A stretch of DNA of 26,898 nt. Origin: a virus. Lineage: Duplodnaviria > Caudoviricetes. Every line of letters begins with the position of its first letter. The stretch's first letter is position 1. The translations under genes and the position numbers were made by a program. Below are positions 22,976 through 26,898 of the stretch, in pieces. Below the pieces are notes generated by a model. The model saw only the letters and a program-made list of their open reading frames with translations, was not told the DNA's origin and did not search any database. Where the stretch lies: IMG/VR virus record IMGVR_UViG_3300008459_000311, positions 1-26,898 of that record; one strand, written 5' to 3'.

Positions 22976-25823
22976 AGATATTATCAAATGATGCTCCTGT
23001 TGGTGTAATAATGAATTCTACATCAATAAATTCAAGAGAACGAGTTGGTTTGATATAAATCTTACCTCTCAATGTGTTAGCATCGATATCCTCTGGGTCA
23101 TTTGAAACCGTTACACGGAATTCGAATAAACCTCTTTCTCTTTTAATCGCTTCAAGTATTGGATTAACCAATCTCAAGAATTCATTACGAACCTGTTCAT
23201 CATTTTGTTCGAACAATAATCGTATTGCTACTGCTGAAATTAATTTCCTTGCTCTTAAAAGTAATCTTCTTACGTTAATCCTATCCAATGCAGATTCTCT
23301 TACTTGAAGAGTTTTGTTACCCCAAATAATTGTTCCTGTATCAGCAAATGTAGCAATTGGATTAATTCTATTTTTATATAAATCATCTCTTTCATCGAGA
23401 GTTAATTTCTTAAATGCTTTAATAGAGTTAACTAAACCTCTTGAATAACCAGCCACAGCGAACCATGGGAATGAAACATTATCAGTAAGTGCAATATTTC
23501 TCAATACCTCACCTGTAGGTGGAATATATAGTTGAGTAGCGTTGTCCACATCTCTAACTTGTATCCATGGCCAGTAAGTTGCTGAGTAGTTACTATCAAT
23601 TGCCACACCGTCTAACGCATCGATTACTTCATCAGATGTTGTTAAATTAGGTGAAGACATTACGTATAGTGAATCTGCTCTATCTTCTTCAATCATATCA
23701 ATTGCGTAAGCGGTTAGTGAACTATGGTCGTAAAAGTTAATACCCGGTGTTGCGAAGATGTTAATATCAACCGCTTCAGGATTTGCGAATACATCGATAC
23801 CTTGTTGGTATGCGTAGTAATCGGAGTTTCCTAATGTTGAGTTGAAAACTCCTCCGTTATTAGTGTTACCGGTTGTGTATGTAGATTTACCGAAGATAAA
23901 TGCATCTCCGTAAGTTCTAACATTTCTATAAATGTCCCAACCATCAAAACCACCACCAAGAGCTAAAGTAAATTTACGATAGTTGATGTTTGTCAATACG
24001 TTATTTACACCTGTTTGTCCTTCTAAATCATATGATGTTGTTTGGTATGTTGTACCGGTAATTGTTGATGCGTTTGTTGATAAGTGAAAACCGTCTGTTG
24101 AACCAACAGCACCTGTTCCTTTATATTTAAACAAGTCTCTATCATAACTAACTTGCCCAACTTGACTTGAAAGACCGAAATACGCTCTTCTTACTTTATC
24201 ACCTGAAGAAATTATTGGTGTACCGTCAGCATCATATCCTACAGTGTCACCTGCAGTGTAGAATTCTGTTTTATACATTACCGAACCTAAAGTTTTTGCT
24301 GAACCAAAAGATGTGTTTGCAACGAACCCTTTAAAACCAGCGGGATATGCATCTGTTGGATGATTACTCGCCATTGATAACATAATATATCTTGAACGTA
24401 ATTCATACTCACCGTCAGAAGTTCCAATTTTTCTGGCAACATATCCTGGTAAATCAGGGTTCATGGAACATCTTGAAAATTTCTCAAGTGCAACCAAGTT
24501 ATCGTCGGTGTCGTTAAAATCTCTAACAATTAAATCGAATTCACCTGTTTCAATATTAATATTGATAATTGAAACTTTAACTTCGTAGTTTCCTGAATCA
24601 CCATCTGATATTGTAATAATGTCAAATAAATCATCAATTTCACCACCACGAACTTCAGAAACAATTGTTGGTGAAAGTGGTGTATCCCATTTGGTTAAGA
24701 ATGAATTTCCTTCAGTTTCAAAAACTTCAGTTAAACTTAAACCTCTAACATAACCTTGTTCAAACGCTTCGCTTAAGAAATTTGAATATACCTCATTAAC
24801 ATAAATTGGTACATCACTTCTTAATTTATCATAAACGTCAGTACCGAATACTTTTGTTACATATTTTGAAGATGTTGAATCTAAACTACATGTAAATGTT
24901 TTACCTCCACTTGTTGAACCCGTAACATTAACAGTAAATTCAGATAAAGGATTGGTCGTTAAACCTGAACCACTTATTGAGAAACTTGTATTTCCTGTTG
25001 TTTCTAAAGTTAAATTTTGTCCAGAATAAGAACCTCTTGACCTGAAAGCAACTACCACTCTACCATCGTAATCTGTTTTTAAAGTTGCATTATATGTGTA
25101 TCTTGTTACATCAAATTGAGTAGTACCACTATTGTAAACAAACAAATAAGAATAAACTTCATCATTAGTATTGTTTACAAGTACGTTGTACCATTCTTTG
25201 TTATTGTTATTATTTGCATTATTCAATCCTGTTAAAGGTGAAACCTCTTCTAAAGAATCGGTTAGACCTGCAATTTCAGAATCGGGTACAAGACCTAAAA
25301 CAAACCATTGACCATCGTTTGATGATGTGTTACCACTATCATTTGATACAACATAATCTGTGATGTATGAACCATCTACAGAAATTTTGTCAGATAATTC
25401 AGTATAAAAAGTACTACCTGTTACACCTGTTAATGTTGGAACAGTCGTACCTGTTGTTAAACCACTGTAAGTTCCCAATGTGATACCACCCAATGTTTGG
25501 ATACCATATGTTTTAACAGGTTTGAAACCGGTAAGACCTAAAATTCTTGTAACAAACAACTGATTAGACTCTTCTAAGTATGACTTAGCGAAGTAAGGTA
25601 ATTCGAATTTTGGATTACTGTTACCATCTTTCAATGGACTACTGTTACCAAAATATGATTTGAATTCATCAAAATTCGTTATTAAGATAGGTTCAAAAGC
25701 GGGACCTTTTAAGGTTTCACCCACCAAACCCAAAGTACTTACACCGACGCTCTGAGCAACGAAGGTTAAATCTTTTTCCGAAGTATAAACACCCGGAGAC
25801 ACAAAAACTCTATTATTTGCCAT
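22974..25823 (-). CDS. Contractile tail sheath protein (949 aa)
   Basis: N-terminal FVSPGVYTSEKDL..GLVGETLKGPAFEP; C-terminal YSATYWPW, PWFAVAGYSRG, LYKNRINPI, IWGNKTLQ..SALDRINVRRLL, IKPTRSLEFI. Confidence 0.95.
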   Translation of the reverse strand: MANNRVFVSPGVYTSEKDLTFVAQSVGVSTLGLVGETLKGPAFEPILITNFDEFKSYFGNSSPLKDGNSNPKFELPYFAKSYLEESNQLFVTRILGLTGFKPVKTYGIQTLGGITLGTYSGLTTGTTVPTLTGVTGSTFYTELSDKISVDGSYITDYVVSNDSGNTSSNDGQWFVLGLVPDSEIAGLTDSLEEVSPLTGLNNANNNNNKEWYNVLVNNTNDEVYSYLFVYNSGTTQFDVTRYTYNATLKTDYDGRVVVAFRSRGSYSGQNLTLETTGNTSFSISGSGLTTNPLSEFTVNVTGSTSGGKTFTCSLDSTSSKYVTKVFGTDVYDKLRSDVPIYVNEVYSNFLSEAFEQGYVRGLSLTEVFETEGNSFLTKWDTPLSPTIVSEVRGGEIDDLFDIITISDGDSGNYEVKVSIININIETGEFDLIVRDFNDTDDNLVALEKFSRCSMNPDLPGYVARKIGTSDGEYELRSRYIMLSMASNHPTDAYPAGFKGFVANTSFGSAKTLGSVMYKTEFYTAGDTVGYDADGTPIISSGDKVRRAYFGLSSQVGQVSYDRDLFKYKGTGAVGSTDGFHLSTNASTITGTTYQTTSYDLEGQTGVNNVLTNINYRKFTLALGGGFDGWDIYRNVRTYGDAFIFGKSTYTTGNTNNGGVFNSTLGNSDYYAYQQGIDVFANPEAVDINIFATPGINFYDHSSLTAYAIDMIEEDRADSLYVMSSPNLTTSDEVIDALDGVAIDSNYSATYWPWIQVRDVDNATQLYIPPTGEVLRNIALTDNVSFPWFAVAGYSRGLVNSIKAFKKLTLDERDDLYKNRINPIATFADTGTIIWGNKTLQVRESALDRINVRRLLLRARKLISAVAIRLLFEQNDEQVRNEFLRLVNPILEAIKRERGLFEFRVTVSNDPEDIDANTLRGKIYIKPTRSLEFIDVEFIITPTGASFDNI

Positions 25824-25862
25824 TTTTAATTTGTTTGGTTATTAATATTTTATTTCTTTATC

Positions 25863-25890
25863 AATAAATATCTTTGTTTTTAGCAAAGAT
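25863..25890 (-). promoter_or_regulatory. Hairpin plus TATTTATT leader motif upstream of the sheath gene
   Basis: Minus strand ATCTTTG-CTAAAAA-CAAAGAT-ATTTATTG. Confidence 0.45.
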
Positions 25891-25917
25891 TTCCTTGATT
25901 TTTTGAAAAATGATATT

Positions 25918-25956
25918 TATGGATAGTAAATTATCCTTTTCTATCCATATTTATCT
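25918..25956 (+). promoter_or_regulatory. Operator-like inverted and phased direct repeats upstream of the RHH gene
   Basis: TATGGATAG (25918-25926) / CTATCCATA (25941-25949) inverted repeat; TTATCC, CTATCC and TTATCT at 25931, 25941 and 25951 (10-bp period). Confidence 0.5.
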
Positions 25957-25961
25957 TTTAT

Positions 25962-26138
25962 ATGAGTGAACCCTTTAAAAACGTTAAGATTACAGAAAAG
26001 CATCACAATATGTTGAAAGAATATTGTGATAAAAATGGTTTAAAAATTTATAAAGTAATTCAAAAATGGATTGATGATACTTGTAAACCAAACAAGGTAA
26101 GTGAGTCACCTAAGAAAAAAGATATCTATGGAGATTAA
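25962..26138 (+). CDS. Small ribbon-helix-helix-like DNA-binding protein (58 aa)
   Basis: Below the ORF-track cutoff. MSEPFKNVKITEKHHNMLKEYCDKNGLKIYKVIQKWIDDTCKP...DIYGD shows a beta strand (KNVKI), a helix, a G-turn and a second helix. Fills the otherwise empty gap and is preceded by TATTTATC. Confidence 0.75.
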   Translation: MSEPFKNVKITEKHHNMLKEYCDKNGLKIYKVIQKWIDDTCKPNKVSESPKKKDIYGD

Positions 26139-26142
26139 TTTT

Positions 26143-26370
26143 TTATAACATACTAATCTCCGTCATATCAACGGTAATGTTATCACAAATTAATAGATTA
26201 CCATCAATTACAAAATTGTCAGTTCTTTCTAAAACTAATAAAGATTCAAGATGACCTGTGTCAACATTAAGACCGTAGATATCATTATCAACAACTAAAT
26301 TGATTATTAAATTTCCATATATCTCAATATGAGATAATGTTTTTTCGTATAAAAATTCTTGTATTGTCAT
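26143..26370 (-). CDS. Hypothetical protein (75 aa)
   Basis: ORF track; starts 5 nt after the delta-60 gene stop and converges on the RHH gene. Confidence 0.65.
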   Translation of the reverse strand: MTIQEFLYEKTLSHIEIYGNLIINLVVDNDIYGLNVDTGHLESLLVLERTDNFVIDGNLLICDNITVDMTEISML

Positions 26371-26375
26371 GTTAT

Positions 26376-26898
26376 TTAACTTATTGGTGTTATTGTTGTA
26401 ATTGTGGCTCCAGAACCAAATCCTGTACCGGTATTAAGTGATGTGTCTAAAGTTCCATCTGAAAATAAACGTACAATATTACCTACCGACGTACCGTTAT
26501 ATGATGTAAAATTACCACTAACTAATATTTTACCATTTGTTTGAACAACAATACTGAGTACATGATTATCAAACCCTGTTCCAATACTAAATGTATTATC
26601 AATAGTTCCATCAGAATTTAGTCTAACTATCCTATTAGATGTTACACCACTATACGATGTGAACGCTCCCCCGACCATTATTTTACCACTTGAAAGAGCC
26701 GAGACAAAATAAACACTATTATTAAATCCGGTTCCAGTGATAAATGTATCATCAATAGTTCCTCCGGAATTTAATCTAATTATTCTATTAGATGTCACCC
26801 CACTATATGATGTAAAATCCCCACCAACGACAATCTTACCATCTGATTGTACAGATGACATGTATGTGTAGGCATTAAATCACGTACCGACTGTAGTT
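26376..26898 (-). CDS. Delta-60 repeat (DUF5122) beta-propeller protein, C-terminal part; in-frame TGA at 26880-26882
   Basis: Three ~54-aa repeats of type VQSDGKIVVGGDFTSYSGVTSNRIIRLNSGGTIDDTF.TGTGFN. The repeat pattern continues upstream of M26861 (TVGT*FNAYTYM). Confidence 0.8.

Noticed and set aside
1917-23307. Plus-strand ORFs in the track (e.g. 3416-3820, 7384-7755, 20171-20605, 23074-23307) and minus-strand 2133-2318
   Set aside because: They lie antisense or out of frame within well-supported genes and show shadow-ORF composition with no motifs.
7970-25823. Bacterial extracellular contractile injection system or tailocin
   Set aside because: Contiguous phage-type replication genes (gp32-like SSB, UvsX-like, helicase, exonuclease, nrdAB) and no host genes indicate a phage genome.
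1-26898. tRNA, rRNA, integrase or transposase
   Set aside because: Intergenic spaces are short and none shows a cloverleaf or recognisable mobile-element feature by eye.

Overview
AT-rich (roughly 30% GC by eye) fragment of a large myovirus-type (contractile-tailed) bacteriophage genome. A Bacteroidota host is inferred from the class Ia NrdA/NrdB type and from A-rich leaders without Shine-Dalgarno sites. Almost all genes are on the minus strand. In transcription order (right to left) the tail module comprises a delta-60 (DUF5122) repeat protein cut by the window edge, a small hypothetical, tail sheath, tail tube, tail-assembly/hub chaperone plus an overlapping start-less +1-frame ORF, tape measure, a 1608-aa tube-initiator-like baseplate protein with an OmpA-like insert, a LysM/gp53-like protein and a 2034-aa hub protein. 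Two small proteins and a Dps/ferritin-like protein follow. The replication/recombination/nucleotide block comprises a gp32-like SSB, RecA/UvsX-like protein, 5'-3' exonuclease, DnaB-like helicase, nrdB and partial nrdA. One short plus-strand gene missed by the ORF track (ribbon-helix-helix-like) diverges from the sheath gene. The most unusual signals are: (1) a 310-bp non-coding island between sheath and tube with an antisense promoter, 11 ACTAG/ACTGG-type pentamers, an AT-rich tract and a parS-like palindrome (candidate origin/partition locus); (2) a probable +1 ribosomal frameshift at UUU-UUU-CGC upstream of the tape measure gene; (3) a recurring TATTTAT leader motif, often abutted by a hairpin; (4) a 10-bp-phased operator-like array before the RHH gene; (5) an in-frame TGA at a conserved Gly position near the window end. 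All protein assignments come from motif recognition only, with no database searches.
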